Origin: Candidatus Micrarchaeota archaeon | GTDB lineage: Archaea > B1Sed10-29 > B47-G15 | Reading direction: 5' to 3' | NCBI GenBank assembly: GCA_003660975.1 | Contig: QMVG01000001.1 | Span: 32,001 to 96,000 of the forward strand | DNA: 64,000 nucleotides | Part shown: in pieces, positions 10,001-19,008 of the stretch | Layout: the number at the start of each line of letters is the position of its first letter | Numbering within the stretch: the first letter of the stretch is position 1 | The notes under the pieces: generated by a model | The model's database searches: none | What the model saw: the letters and a program-made list of their open reading frames with translations, nothing else | Told to the model about the DNA's origin: nothing | Translations under genes and position numbers: made by a program

Positions 10001-13000
10001 AACTGTTGACTTCAATGATTACTGCCACCTAAGTGTTGATCCACTCTTTGATGAAAAGCAGCAGATGTTCCTGTATGTAGAAAGCCCCATATTTGAAGGA
10101 AAAACCTTCTCAATACCTGTAAGCCCCTGCGTGCTCGGCGTGTCGCTGGACAAGAAAACAGTGTTCGCAGGAGGAGAATGCAATCTTCAATTAGTCTTTG
10201 ACGATGAGAAAAGCGGCTTGTATAAGGATGAAGAGTTGACTGAAGCTGCGAGCTCCTGCATTGGAGACAGGTGGCTTGTAGTACGTAAAAACGAGAACTG
10301 CAACCCTGTTTTCGGAGAAATAAAAGAAAAGAACGTGAGCATAGAAGCAAAGGAAAGTTGGGTTGCTGGTGAATGGGTCAAGGCAAATATATCAGGCGAA
10401 AAGCTGGAAAAGAACGTTAATAATGAAATTGTAAGCTTCTCGTACGAAGAGATTCCTCCTGACGTGGTGGGAGACAGGGACATAGGAGATCTTGACAAGG
10501 AAGAGGTAAACGGGGCTGCTGTGCTGAAAATCAAGGCAACGGCTAAAAATGAAGTCAATGGCGACGTGTACGTCAGGCAGGACATAGAGATGCCTCTGGT
10601 CATAAGGGATGCAGGCAACTGCCTCACAGTGCCTGAAAGGGAAAGCACTGTGCAGATTCTCCCAAACATAGTGTGCCCGATTAACTTTGAAATAGGCAAC
10701 TTCCCAGGAATTGAAGGCGGAGAGCCCGTGTGCAGCAAGAGCAATTCAATCACATACATATTCGGAAGGAGCGACAAGGACTACTGCAATGACCTTGACC
10801 TTAATAAGATAGAGTCCTTAGAAGTGGAATACAATGAAGAAGAATACAGTGAAAGTAGTTTTGTCCATGTTTCAAGCAAAAGCACTGGGCTGAACGTAAG
10901 TATAACCAAAGGCAGTGGAGAGAACCCACCAAGGACTGTAAAGCTGACAGTTAAACCGAAGATAGAGGGCTTCAAGACAGAAAGGAAAGTCATTGTCAAT
11001 GCTAACCTGGACGGTGGTGGATGCTATGACGCAAATGAGATAGGGAGGGTAAAGCTGCACGGGAACACAGAGTGCAAGATAACGTTCAGCGCAGGTGAAT
11101 CCTCTGGCGGAGAAGGATATATCGAGTGTAAAGACATTGAAGAGGCAGAAGATTACAAAACAGCAACAGTCGAGATAAAAAAGAGGGTGGATGAATGCCC
11201 TGACTTTTTAATCAGCAGCGCGAGTATCGAGGGAGATTCGAATTGGGAGATTACTGAAACTGGCGATAAATATGTAAAAGTGAAGTACGACAAGGGGGAC
11301 TTCAGATACGGGGACACATTTGAGGCAAATCTAAACCTGGAATTAGAGCTCAACTATGAGAACGGGAAAGAGCTTTCAGAAAATATCGTTGTCCCTCTTG
11401 AGACAGGGCTCAACCTGCCTGGCTGGGAAAATGTATATGCAAAAGCAGTGCAGCCTTACCATTTCAATGATGACGGCTCAGTTGACGTTTCGTCGCTTGA
11501 CTGCGAATCAAATGCCTGCAACCTGGAGCAGGCAATGCTATGGCTCAAAGAGCAAAGCAATGACTTCACAAGCAGTCCTGAGGAGGGGATAAGCTTCAAT
11601 CTCGTTCACACGGGCGCCACGGTCCACGACATACAGGCTGCTATGGAAAAAATTGAAAGCGGGAAAAACATTGTGGTGGCAGATAATGTTGATGGCTCAA
11701 GTGGTGATGCGATAGTCATTTCAAGTGACTCTGAACTGGGCTTGGGAGAAAACGCGCTGAGAATAAACAAGGCGAGGAGCGACGGCGAGGAGATAATACC
11801 ATTCCTGCGATTCTCCAACAAGGGAGCAGGTGAAATCAACTCTAGGAAGGCAAGATACTTTAATTACTACTTGCCATTGGTTGCCGATGGGAGCAGTGAA
11901 CTGAATACAATGGTGGATGCTCCAGAGGACTTAAAGGAGAACGTTAAAGAGATGCTGGCAGAGATGTGGGGCTTGCAAGCAGAAGAGCTGAGCTGGCCTT
12001 CTGTGTCCTATTCTGCGAGGATAGTGGTAAAGAGCTGTGGAGTAGATGACAACAGCGAATGCTGCTCTGATTACAATGAGAAGGTCGGCAGCTCGTCCAC
12101 TCCTGCTGTCTTCGTGCTCACCTCTGGCCAAACTGTGCCAGTCACTTGCGTGGTGGCGAGAAACGAGAAGGCCCTCAGCAACTTCATTGAAACCGTAAGC
12201 AGCTTCCTGGAAGGCAGCAAAAGAATGGCCTACAATAAGGACAAGGACTACCTAACTACCCAGAGGAACTTCATAATCCTGAAAGGCGTTGAAGGAAGCA
12301 GCGACTTCTTTGCTGACACTAACAGGTGGCAAAAAGTAAATGATGAACTGAAAGATGAAATAGCTTCTGTGCTGGGCGTTGACAAGAAAAAGGCAATGCT
12401 GGTCCACATGGAACCAGAGGAAAACTGGGAGAACACATATGTGGCTCCTGACATGACCATATTCGTGTGTTCAAAAGGCGAACAGTGCGGCTGGGATTCT
12501 CTTGAAATAAATTCATTACCAGAGTTTGAAGGAGCACACATATGGATTCCAGAAGGAGGCATGTACAAGTACGACAGCAGTATTGGAAGCTTCCTACTTG
12601 TAGATGACAGCGAAAAGGACTCCTGGATAAGCATAGGCAAAAAGCTGCTGCCATACGAAGGAAATACCTACATCCACGCTATTGATGAGAACAACCGCAA
12701 CACGAAACTGTGCCCCAACTCAGAAAGCTGCGTTATCGGAATAAAGAACATCAATGGAATCACGAAAGCAGTGGTGGACGCAAAGGAAATGACTGATGAG
12801 GAGCTGCTTAGCTACGTGAAGAAGGCCGAAGGAAATGAATACTTTGCGCTGCACCTAATCCCAACAGACGAGGAAAAGGATATAGGGAAGCAGTGCAGGG
12901 TGGAAGACGAGGAAGTAAAGATACTTGATGAAAACGGGAATGAAGCGCAACTTGGCTACGGAAACGTTTACCTTGTGGCAGTGGAGAAGGCAGAGACCGG

Positions 13001-14216
13001 CGACAGCAAGAAGGCCGTTTACCTCAAAGAGCTGACCAGCTTCGAAACGCCTGAGCTGGGCGACTGTTATGTTGGGGCAGAGGAAATGGATATTAATCAG
13101 TTAATGGATTTGATTACAGAAAACATTTACGGCACTGAAGACGCAGAGCCCAAGCTCCAGAAGGGAGAACTTATCAAAATTGTTAGGATAAATAATCCTT
13201 ACTATAAAAAGTTTGGTTATTATGACCCAGACGATAAGATATCCTCGTTTGAAGTCTATGAAGGAGACACCTCTGTGAGCAGGCTTGTCCAAGGGGGTTA
13301 TTACAAACTATCAATAACTGCCCCAGAGTCAAAAGAGAGACAGTATAAAATTAAATTAGAACTTCTCAAAATTGATACAAGTGGATTGGAAGGTAAAGAG
13401 ATTGGGTTCCTCGGGTTGGCCAAAAAAGCCATTGTTAGATATCCAACATATAATGAAGGAAAGATTGCTATTGTCAAAGGAGGGGAATGCAATGATGCAG
13501 TAACAGAAATAAATTATTGTAGAAATGATGATCTGGTGTTCCACAAGCAAGTAGAGGGGAGTGTGAAGTATAAATTAAAAGAAGGTGGACCTTTAGGCGG
13601 TTATGTGATAGAGCCTAAATATTATTGCCAGAAAAATGATGCTAACTTACGCGAAAGCTTTTGTGTTGAATCTGATAAGATCCCAACTCCAGGTTTAGAC
13701 GAAAAGGAGGTATATAAAATATTTGAATGTCCTGCTCCTTTAGGATATGTTGCACATAAAGTTGGAGATACACATATGAAAGATACGATAAATCAAATTG
13801 TCACTTTTATGTTTATGCAAGGAGGAGTCTTTTACAGACCTTCCGTAGCACCCATCCCAGACAGGCAACCAAGTTGCATTAGTGAGAAGGCATTCGATTA
13901 TATGGATAGATATAATGACCTATTGTATTATGCGAGACCAAGTTTTCATAATTATATGGGTGAATACTTCTCTAATGGTTATCAATCCTCCACTGTAAGT
14001 GGCACCCATAAACCATATATTGGCAAGCCAATCAAATATGGAGACGGAAATCAGTACTTTGCGTGTGGGTCACTAGATGGTTATGAGTACAGTAGCTTTG
14101 TTCCACCTTATTACTGCTGCGACGTCGGACTCGGCCTCCACGTTACAAATGGACACTGCTGTCCTATTGGTTTTGATTGGAATGAAGGAAAAAAACTGTG
14201 TGTAAGGACTGGCTGA
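7008..14216 (+). CDS. Giant (2402 aa) N-terminally anchored surface protein with carboxypeptidase-regulatory-like beta-sandwich repeats and Cys-rich domains
   Basis: GGTGAT SD plus GTG start; one TM helix around aa 45-65; about five repeats of the VxVxD..GxP(V/I)xxAxV...GxTDxxG type; acidic, Cys-rich distal part. Confidence 0.85.
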   Translation: MGFGDLYYKIEDKWYDLLDWIEAKGVPVYSVVDPIEDAGIPSLPVFVGIFLLLCYFVLTAFAPGLGIAEEVNFSVQVSDSNGNLIPDAVVKISKGGELLVEGKTSILGNFDASLPKGSYDISVSAADCDGISKPIEVVESGQVISITLNCEMSFAKQVSICFVSNDGDTLDTPIEANEVDEYGNFIDNAGRCDNADSCNFELKDKSLYVFESLHYRSEMVYTKKDVERISERKNCITLERKEEEIVEKGLFTVELLHSDGSPVPWQLVNLVSPDNHNYIIASQHTSNAGKDIGSTTFKLRVGTKFIIVVPGGENTTYYKGNTTYEISSEPQRVSIKLDTSADTLFAVREEKAGVPTPVQGVKITVFKIKEPKDEIVAFGETDRNGEAHLSLTDGERYRVSFFKAGYRYVETTVKGGSEKEVVLEKISKEEVGTVDVYVSIEGREPVKDAIVIMKHYGNSSKTGYGILKTDARGHVHYEWVLPGEYCIIVARAKDETKCGEHSFTVKANEKTRVNVELKPIMYSLDVNVLLKGEGVRDAKVSVKDAYSGEAIASGKTDYTGFVSFPNIAERSKIRVYVEYLHKDLESGRTTLYSQSTANIIEMDDDKEITLNLVETGTKIQFLGITSKSESWWYDGSKWVQGAPELVAGNVYYAVFAVGLPKLEGKKWDSVKFLISNPESEDYVALRKAGNLPSYIRDSKAVESSSRLFTVSGNYDDSSDIISISIPIRVRQVFDGRVKYFLNFYAEWWRGKDIVRDPAGKDFKKSPDFYIRGERCFKKGNFGICIKGKKEGGIFYPDDRFHLEKGESANFTIIISNEGSNAFGGKIKLEDPKRTVAFEDITAVLTTPEEQVGLEYGLDNAAASISIDASQYKKEDVAGLPVGSKITIKTRIKAVFPIQYTDIELKVEGKAEQGLAYISFPISGDADVLLRKKPGAITELASSILFQVRENNSGAPGRAVYFDPSSVSIYGPALNKFCGGILSTSSSNVGFSVDRHGNITVDFNDYCHLSVDPLFDEKQQMFLYVESPIFEGKTFSIPVSPCVLGVSLDKKTVFAGGECNLQLVFDDEKSGLYKDEELTEAASSCIGDRWLVVRKNENCNPVFGEIKEKNVSIEAKESWVAGEWVKANISGEKLEKNVNNEIVSFSYEEIPPDVVGDRDIGDLDKEEVNGAAVLKIKATAKNEVNGDVYVRQDIEMPLVIRDAGNCLTVPERESTVQILPNIVCPINFEIGNFPGIEGGEPVCSKSNSITYIFGRSDKDYCNDLDLNKIESLEVEYNEEEYSESSFVHVSSKSTGLNVSITKGSGENPPRTVKLTVKPKIEGFKTERKVIVNANLDGGGCYDANEIGRVKLHGNTECKITFSAGESSGGEGYIECKDIEEAEDYKTATVEIKKRVDECPDFLISSASIEGDSNWEITETGDKYVKVKYDKGDFRYGDTFEANLNLELELNYENGKELSENIVVPLETGLNLPGWENVYAKAVQPYHFNDDGSVDVSSLDCESNACNLEQAMLWLKEQSNDFTSSPEEGISFNLVHTGATVHDIQAAMEKIESGKNIVVADNVDGSSGDAIVISSDSELGLGENALRINKARSDGEEIIPFLRFSNKGAGEINSRKARYFNYYLPLVADGSSELNTMVDAPEDLKENVKEMLAEMWGLQAEELSWPSVSYSARIVVKSCGVDDNSECCSDYNEKVGSSSTPAVFVLTSGQTVPVTCVVARNEKALSNFIETVSSFLEGSKRMAYNKDKDYLTTQRNFIILKGVEGSSDFFADTNRWQKVNDELKDEIASVLGVDKKKAMLVHMEPEENWENTYVAPDMTIFVCSKGEQCGWDSLEINSLPEFEGAHIWIPEGGMYKYDSSIGSFLLVDDSEKDSWISIGKKLLPYEGNTYIHAIDENNRNTKLCPNSESCVIGIKNINGITKAVVDAKEMTDEELLSYVKKAEGNEYFALHLIPTDEEKDIGKQCRVEDEEVKILDENGNEAQLGYGNVYLVAVEKAETGDSKKAVYLKELTSFETPELGDCYVGAEEMDINQLMDLITENIYGTEDAEPKLQKGELIKIVRINNPYYKKFGYYDPDDKISSFEVYEGDTSVSRLVQGGYYKLSITAPESKERQYKIKLELLKIDTSGLEGKEIGFLGLAKKAIVRYPTYNEGKIAIVKGGECNDAVTEINYCRNDDLVFHKQVEGSVKYKLKEGGPLGGYVIEPKYYCQKNDANLRESFCVESDKIPTPGLDEKEVYKIFECPAPLGYVAHKVGDTHMKDTINQIVTFMFMQGGVFYRPSVAPIPDRQPSCISEKAFDYMDRYNDLLYYARPSFHNYMGEYFSNGYQSSTVSGTHKPYIGKPIKYGDGNQYFACGSLDGYEYSSFVPPYYCCDVGLGLHVTNGHCCPIGFDWNEGKKLCVRTG

Positions 14217-14221
14217 ATTCT

Positions 14222-14235
14222 AAAAGCTTTTTAAA
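14222..14235 (+). promoter_or_regulatory. BRE-TATA-like promoter for the small membrane protein cluster
   Basis: AAAAGCTTTTTAAA ending 22 nt before ATG 14258; the same motif recurs before other genes. Confidence 0.5.
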
Positions 14236-14257
14236 CCTCTTGTTCTTGTATATCTTG

Positions 14258-14620
14258 ATGGAGCCAATGGCAAGCATTGCAGTGATAGGGATAATAAGCA
14301 GGATACTCGGAGATATCAACCTGGCTGTAACTGGCTTCAAGATAATTGTTTTGCTCTTTGTCATACAGTTCATACGCTCGCATTTTGACGCAGGGCCTAT
14401 TCCTGTGCTGCTCACACTGATAATTGGGTACATATTCCTCTTCCAATACTGGGAGATATTCGGTCCGATAATGCTTGTTTACTTTTTCATAATATTTGGA
14501 TTTGTCTCAGTGCTGCTTGACATAGCCATAGTCAAGCCTTGGGCAGGAGGAGGTCATGTCAAAAAACCAGACATGACAAGTAAAGATATGTTGGAGAGGA
14601 TGAGAAAATACCATGGGTGA
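14258..14620 (+). CDS. Small multi-pass membrane protein, family A
   Basis: ATG 14258; 3-4 TM segments; FIRSHFDAGPIPVLLTLIIGYIFLFQYW motif. Confidence 0.8.
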   Translation: MEPMASIAVIGIISRILGDINLAVTGFKIIVLLFVIQFIRSHFDAGPIPVLLTLIIGYIFLFQYWEIFGPIMLVYFFIIFGFVSVLLDIAIVKPWAGGGHVKKPDMTSKDMLERMRKYHG

Positions 14621-14624
14621 TTGA

Positions 14625-14990
14625 ATGAACAAAGGGTTTACTGTTGTTCCAATGATAATAATCGCTCTCATATTTTTAGTTATAATAGGGCTTGGGGTTG
14701 CGCTTATAGTAAAAATACCAATACTTAACATAATGTTTAGGTTTTACATGCTCATCATAATATACACTTTCGTGAGGAGGATAGTTGGGACAGGGATATT
14801 GGCATATGTCATAACCGCAATACTAGCATACATATTCGTGTGGAAGCTCTGGGTTATGGCAGCAGGCGTATATCTCTCATATATCATATTTAGCTTTGGA
14901 ATCTCAGGCATAATCATATTCGGCCTTGAGGGAATGTGGAGAAGAGGTGGAGGAGAAGTGGCTGAGGAGGCAGCTAAAAGGCTGGCATAG
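14625..14990 (+). CDS. Small multi-pass membrane protein, family A (possible KG|F class III-like start)
   Basis: GGGTGAT SD; FVRRIVGTGILAYVITAILAYIFVWKLW motif. Confidence 0.8.
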   Translation: MNKGFTVVPMIIIALIFLVIIGLGVALIVKIPILNIMFRFYMLIIIYTFVRRIVGTGILAYVITAILAYIFVWKLWVMAAGVYLSYIIFSFGISGIIIFGLEGMWRRGGGEVAEEAAKRLA

Positions 14991-15020
14991 TTATATTAAT
15001 AAAAAATGTAATAATATTGC

Positions 15021-15260
15021 GTGATGCATATGGGAGGTCTTTGGTCTGACATAGGTATTGCCATTACAATAATACTATTTGTATATCTAGTAAAATGGGC
15101 AAGCGATTTAACGAAAAGCAAAACACTGGGCATTATAATAGGGGCTGCTATAGCTTACTTTACATTCTACCAGCACTTTGAAGTATTGCTATTCGTACTG
15201 CTGTTCTTCTTCGGTTATCCGTTCTGGGAGAGCTTAACAAAGGGATTCCTTGGAGAGTGA
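15021..15260 (+). CDS. Small membrane protein, family A
   Basis: 3 TM segments; KSKTLGIIIGAAIAYFTFYQHF motif. Confidence 0.75.
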   Translation: MMHMGGLWSDIGIAITIILFVYLVKWASDLTKSKTLGIIIGAAIAYFTFYQHFEVLLFVLLFFFGYPFWESLTKGFLGE

Positions 15261-15264
15261 AGCA

Positions 15265-15555
15265 ATGGATCAGTTCTCTACGATAGTGTTGATTGTAATG
15301 ATGTTCCTAGCCTGGACCAGAGACCTGACATGGCTTTTCATAGGTCTTGTAGTCATACTTGTACTAACCAGTAAGAGCATAGGTCTTGCAGCGCTTTTCA
15401 TAGCGGGGGCTGCCATAACCTGGCTGCTGAACTTAAAGGAATACTGGGTAATAGTGATGATATTGATGGCATTGATAGTAATAGCTGTTAAAAGAAAAGA
15501 GGGCTCGTCTGCTGGATATTATTCCCCAGAGCTGTTGAGGTTATTGGGTGGGTAA
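15265..15555 (+). CDS. Small membrane protein (family A-like)
   Basis: ATG 15265; 4 short hydrophobic segments; SKSIGLAALFIAGAAITWLLNLKEYW motif. Confidence 0.75.
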   Translation: MDQFSTIVLIVMMFLAWTRDLTWLFIGLVVILVLTSKSIGLAALFIAGAAITWLLNLKEYWVIVMILMALIVIAVKRKEGSSAGYYSPELLRLLGG

Positions 15556-15897
15556 ATGGCAAATGAAGGTATTGTAGTGCTGTCTTTTATCCTAATCTTA
15601 TTGGGATTCTACCTAAAACAGCTATGGCTCAGCTTCATATTTATAATGGTGATATTCGCTTTACTGCTCACAAGGCCTAGTAAAAAGGCGAAGAAAGCTG
15701 CTCCAAGAGGACCTGTGGTAAGGCCTATAATAGTGAAGAGAAAGTATGTGGGGCCTGAGTCAATATATCCTGAAAAAATGCATATTAAAATAACGCCTAG
15801 GGCCCCTGATGACTGGTATGAATATGGGGGAGAGTATCTGGGAGGATTTATAGGTAAAAGCTTAAGGTTCATAAAGAGAAAATTGGGAGGAGATTAA
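15556..15897 (+). CDS. Small membrane protein, family B
   Basis: Abuts upstream stop (TAA-ATG); TM hairpin, Lys-rich linker, PIIV...YPEKMHIKITP motif. Confidence 0.8.
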   Translation: MANEGIVVLSFILILLGFYLKQLWLSFIFIMVIFALLLTRPSKKAKKAAPRGPVVRPIIVKRKYVGPESIYPEKMHIKITPRAPDDWYEYGGEYLGGFIGKSLRFIKRKLGGD

Positions 15898-16242
15898 GTG
15901 TTAAATGTCTTTGCATTCTTAATTGTTGTCTTTCTGGTTGCATTATTCTTGAGAATTGACATCGTTGTATACCTGACTATCATAGTGGCGATAATTCTTG
16001 CTTTGACATACAAAAAGCCAGAGGAGAAGAAAGTAGCTGAAAAGGCAGCTCCGAGAGAGGTTATATATCCTGTTATATATGAAGATGCTGGAGAGCCTCC
16101 ATACTTATATCCTAAGAAGCAACAGATAAAAGTCAGACCAAATCAGATAGATGATGTTGAATGGGAAAAGACAGTTGCCATGCCTGGTAGAATACTGGCA
16201 AGCATAATGGGCTTCTTTACTGGAAAATATAAGAAGAAGTGA
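15898..16242 (+). CDS. Small membrane protein, family B
   Basis: TAA-GTG junction with GGAGG SD; PVIY...YPKKQQIKVRP motif. Confidence 0.8.
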   Translation: MLNVFAFLIVVFLVALFLRIDIVVYLTIIVAIILALTYKKPEEKKVAEKAAPREVIYPVIYEDAGEPPYLYPKKQQIKVRPNQIDDVEWEKTVAMPGRILASIMGFFTGKYKKK

Positions 16243-16595
16243 TGGCTATGAGGTTTGACTTGTTCCTCTTTGTGTTTTTCATTGGGCTTTTCTTTTACTT
16301 GTCTGGATACAAGGCACTCTCACTTGTGCTCTTCATAATCTCTGTTGTACTGCTGCTCTATGACAGGCCAAAAAGGGCAAAAAAGGCAGCTGCTGGCTAT
16401 GAAATGGGAGAACCAATTATAATTGAGAGCACAAGAAATGCTCCATTTAGGATACCTGACAAATACTGGCTGAAGGTAGCCCCGAAAAAGGGCCCTGCGC
16501 AGCCAGGAGGCAAGTTTACCAAGGCAGGTTTTAAGACATTCGGCAGGATAAACGAATATATTGCTGATAAGGTAAAAGAATGGTGGAATGGCTGA
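16239..16595 (+). CDS. Small membrane protein, family B
   Basis: GTGA overlap; PIII...IPDKYWLKVAP motif. Confidence 0.8.
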   Translation: MMAMRFDLFLFVFFIGLFFYLSGYKALSLVLFIISVVLLLYDRPKRAKKAAAGYEMGEPIIIESTRNAPFRIPDKYWLKVAPKKGPAQPGGKFTKAGFKTFGRINEYIADKVKEWWNG

Positions 16596-17038
16596 TGATT
16601 GCCAGCTTAACAGGCATATTGCTCTCAATCATTGGATTGATATATTCAAATGCAATTATCCTACTTTTGGGGGTTATTTTTATTGTTATTGACTTCTTGC
16701 CTTCAAAAAAGAGCAAAACTGAGCAAAAAGCAGTAGCAACCGAGGTGAAAAAAGAAAGGCACATCGTGGTAAACAGCCCCCCTCCTACTGAGGAAGGAGC
16801 TGAATTCTTTATGGCAATGCAAGCAGGCAATCCAGCAATGCCACATATCAGAAAGATGTATACGGATAAGGAAACAAGCGAGGTGCTAATGCCACACGAC
16901 TACCTGCCTTTCCAGGAACCTGCCAACATAAACCCTCTAAGGAAAATATTTATTGGCTATCCAAATTATGTCTTAAGGCGAATCTTCAGTGGTGTCAATT
17001 TCTTTGAAGACCTGGAAAAAAGGTGGAGAGAAAAATAG
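16595..17038 (+). CDS. Small membrane protein, family B-like
   Basis: TGATG overlap; TM hairpin, Lys-rich linker, HIVV and a Pro-rich cytoplasmic tail. Confidence 0.75.
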   Translation: MIASLTGILLSIIGLIYSNAIILLLGVIFIVIDFLPSKKSKTEQKAVATEVKKERHIVVNSPPPTEEGAEFFMAMQAGNPAMPHIRKMYTDKETSEVLMPHDYLPFQEPANINPLRKIFIGYPNYVLRRIFSGVNFFEDLEKRWREK

Positions 17039-17611
17039 TTACTTTTCCAATCTCATAAGAAACTTGGTGTTTGTGTCAAGAATCTTCTGGTTTATGTCCC
17101 TCAAAGCTTTTATTGATGCCTTCATATCAATTAGCATTTCTTTTATCTGTTGGAGCTCTTCTCCCAATTCCCCTATACTTGAAATCTTTTCGTGAAGCGC
17201 ATTGTGGCCCTCCTTCATTTCAGAAACAGCAGAATGTATCTCATTTATTTTTTCCTTGTGCTCTTGAACATTGCTTTTTATTTCGTGGATATGGTCCTCG
17301 TATGCGCTAACCTTTTCGTTCAACTGCTCGACTGCCTCATGAATCCGCGATGTGTTTTCGCTTTGTTTTTTTATCTCTGGCATGATGGGAGTTAAGTGGT
17401 CTCCACTTTCTATTTTTTCTTTTATGTTTTGTACGGTGTTGTGGATGTCTTGATTGCTCGGCGCTGATTTGGCTTCATCCAGCACTGAGGATATTTCGTC
17501 CTCACTGAGAGACATGGCCTTTAATGTTTTTTTAATGTCCTCCTGCCCCATACCAGATGCGTTCATAGAGCGCACAATGCTGGCTATCTGCTCCAACTTT
17601 TCCTTTTCCAT
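17039..17611 (-). CDS. Coiled-coil protein with small N-terminal helical module
   Basis: ATG 17611; GxxxEDIKxxLKxxxLSEDEI module followed by long heptad repeats. Confidence 0.75.
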   Translation of the reverse strand: MEKEKLEQIASIVRSMNASGMGQEDIKKTLKAMSLSEDEISSVLDEAKSAPSNQDIHNTVQNIKEKIESGDHLTPIMPEIKKQSENTSRIHEAVEQLNEKVSAYEDHIHEIKSNVQEHKEKINEIHSAVSEMKEGHNALHEKISSIGELGEELQQIKEMLIDMKASIKALRDINQKILDTNTKFLMRLEK

Positions 17612-17667
17612 ATTAATGTTTAAAGCATATGAATATATAAAAAGCAATCCTCTAATACTCTGATTAT

Positions 17668-19008
17668 ATGGATTCAGATCAGCTCTTATTCGGACCTTGG
17701 AGCCCTATTTTCAAAGGAGATTGGACAGGGCATCCCATAGAGATCCTTGAAAATCCAGAGAAAATGGTGCTTACTGTGCTAAACTTTGATGGTGAGCAAT
17801 ATGTTCTGCTGAATAAATTTCTCATAGCTGAGGGATATGTTGAAAAGCTAATAGAAGAAATGCCAGGAAAGAACAGCTTCATATTTAAAATACTGCCAAG
17901 TAAAAAGCTCAAAATCATTTCTCTTTCTTCTGAGATAAAGAAGGCAGGTAAAGACATCAATGAAAAAATAAGAGACTTGAAGGCTGAGCTTGAAAAAAGG
18001 AAAGAACTGCTCACAAGCATTTCAGCAAGGTATTCCGTAAATATCAGGGAATTAAAAGAAAGTCCAGAAGCAGCTGAGCTACTTTTCTCAGAGCCTGTTC
18101 TAAGCTTGGCCACATTAACGCTCAAGAGAACAGAGAAAAAAGGCAAACTGGGCCTTTTAGGCATAAAAAGCAATGGCCAGCTGCTTTATGTGGATAGAGC
18201 GTCAATGAGGTCTGTGGCCTTGATAGGTGAACTGGAGAAGATGAGAAAATGCTTGCAGGTCTTAATAGAAAACAGTTTCTTAGATAACCTGAGCCCAATG
18301 ATAATTGACAAAAGCGACTACTTTGAACGCATGGTTTCAGCCAATCAGTCATTTGACTCTGCCGTATTTCCTTTGTCTCCAATGGGCTTTCCAATAGAGA
18401 GGATTAAGATAGGAGACATAGGCATAAGCTTTGCTGTCCTGACTGCAAAGCGTTTGAAGGCCTTGCTAAGAGTAAAAGAGAGCAAAAGCTTTGACATTAT
18501 CTCTGATATCATGGAAAAAGAAGGTGACTTTGCAACGTTGGAGGACTTAGAAAACAAGATAATGGAGATAAATGACGAGAGCCAGAGGTTTCATGCCTAT
18601 CGTGCAGCAAGATGGATAAGCTTAATTGAGCGCTTATATGGAGATTTATTTAAAAAGAGGCTAGAAATGCCTCCAGAAAGGCAAATAACCATTATAGACC
18701 CAGGAAATTACAGAAAGGAGATAGTGGAATTGTTCTTACTATCTTTACTACAGGAGAGCATGGAAAACAGGGCTGTCTTTGTAAGCAATCAAAACTTCCT
18801 GAAGACAGCGGCTTTAAGAGAAGACATAATAGATAACATAGAAAAGACCTCTTCCTGTTTTGTGTTTGAAGATGAAATTGACATACCAAAAAGGATGTCT
18901 GAAAAGGTAACAATGAGCATAAAATATGTCTCTAATAATGACTTTGCAGTAAAGGACAGGAAGAAAGGCAAGTTTAGAATAAGATTGAGAGATACACTAA
19001 GTGCCTAA
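17668..19008 (+). CDS. Degenerate HerA/FtsK-superfamily (DUF853/DUF87-like) ATPase homolog
   Basis: SVALIG...LQVLIEN...PMIID...PMGFPI layout follows HerA-like proteins, but no GxxxxGK[ST] motif. Family call made by eye. Confidence 0.5.
   Translation: MDSDQLLFGPWSPIFKGDWTGHPIEILENPEKMVLTVLNFDGEQYVLLNKFLIAEGYVEKLIEEMPGKNSFIFKILPSKKLKIISLSSEIKKAGKDINEKIRDLKAELEKRKELLTSISARYSVNIRELKESPEAAELLFSEPVLSLATLTLKRTEKKGKLGLLGIKSNGQLLYVDRASMRSVALIGELEKMRKCLQVLIENSFLDNLSPMIIDKSDYFERMVSANQSFDSAVFPLSPMGFPIERIKIGDIGISFAVLTAKRLKALLRVKESKSFDIISDIMEKEGDFATLEDLENKIMEINDESQRFHAYRAARWISLIERLYGDLFKKRLEMPPERQITIIDPGNYRKEIVELFLLSLLQESMENRAVFVSNQNFLKTAALREDIIDNIEKTSSCFVFEDEIDIPKRMSEKVTMSIKYVSNNDFAVKDRKKGKFRIRLRDTLSA

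Noticed and set aside
7430-13550. Many antisense ORFs within the giant gene (and within other long genes)
   Set aside because: Shadow ORFs with no recognisable motifs, opposite well-supported CDSs.
13080-14216. Diversity-generating retroelement target
   Set aside because: I saw no template repeat or reverse transcriptase in the window.
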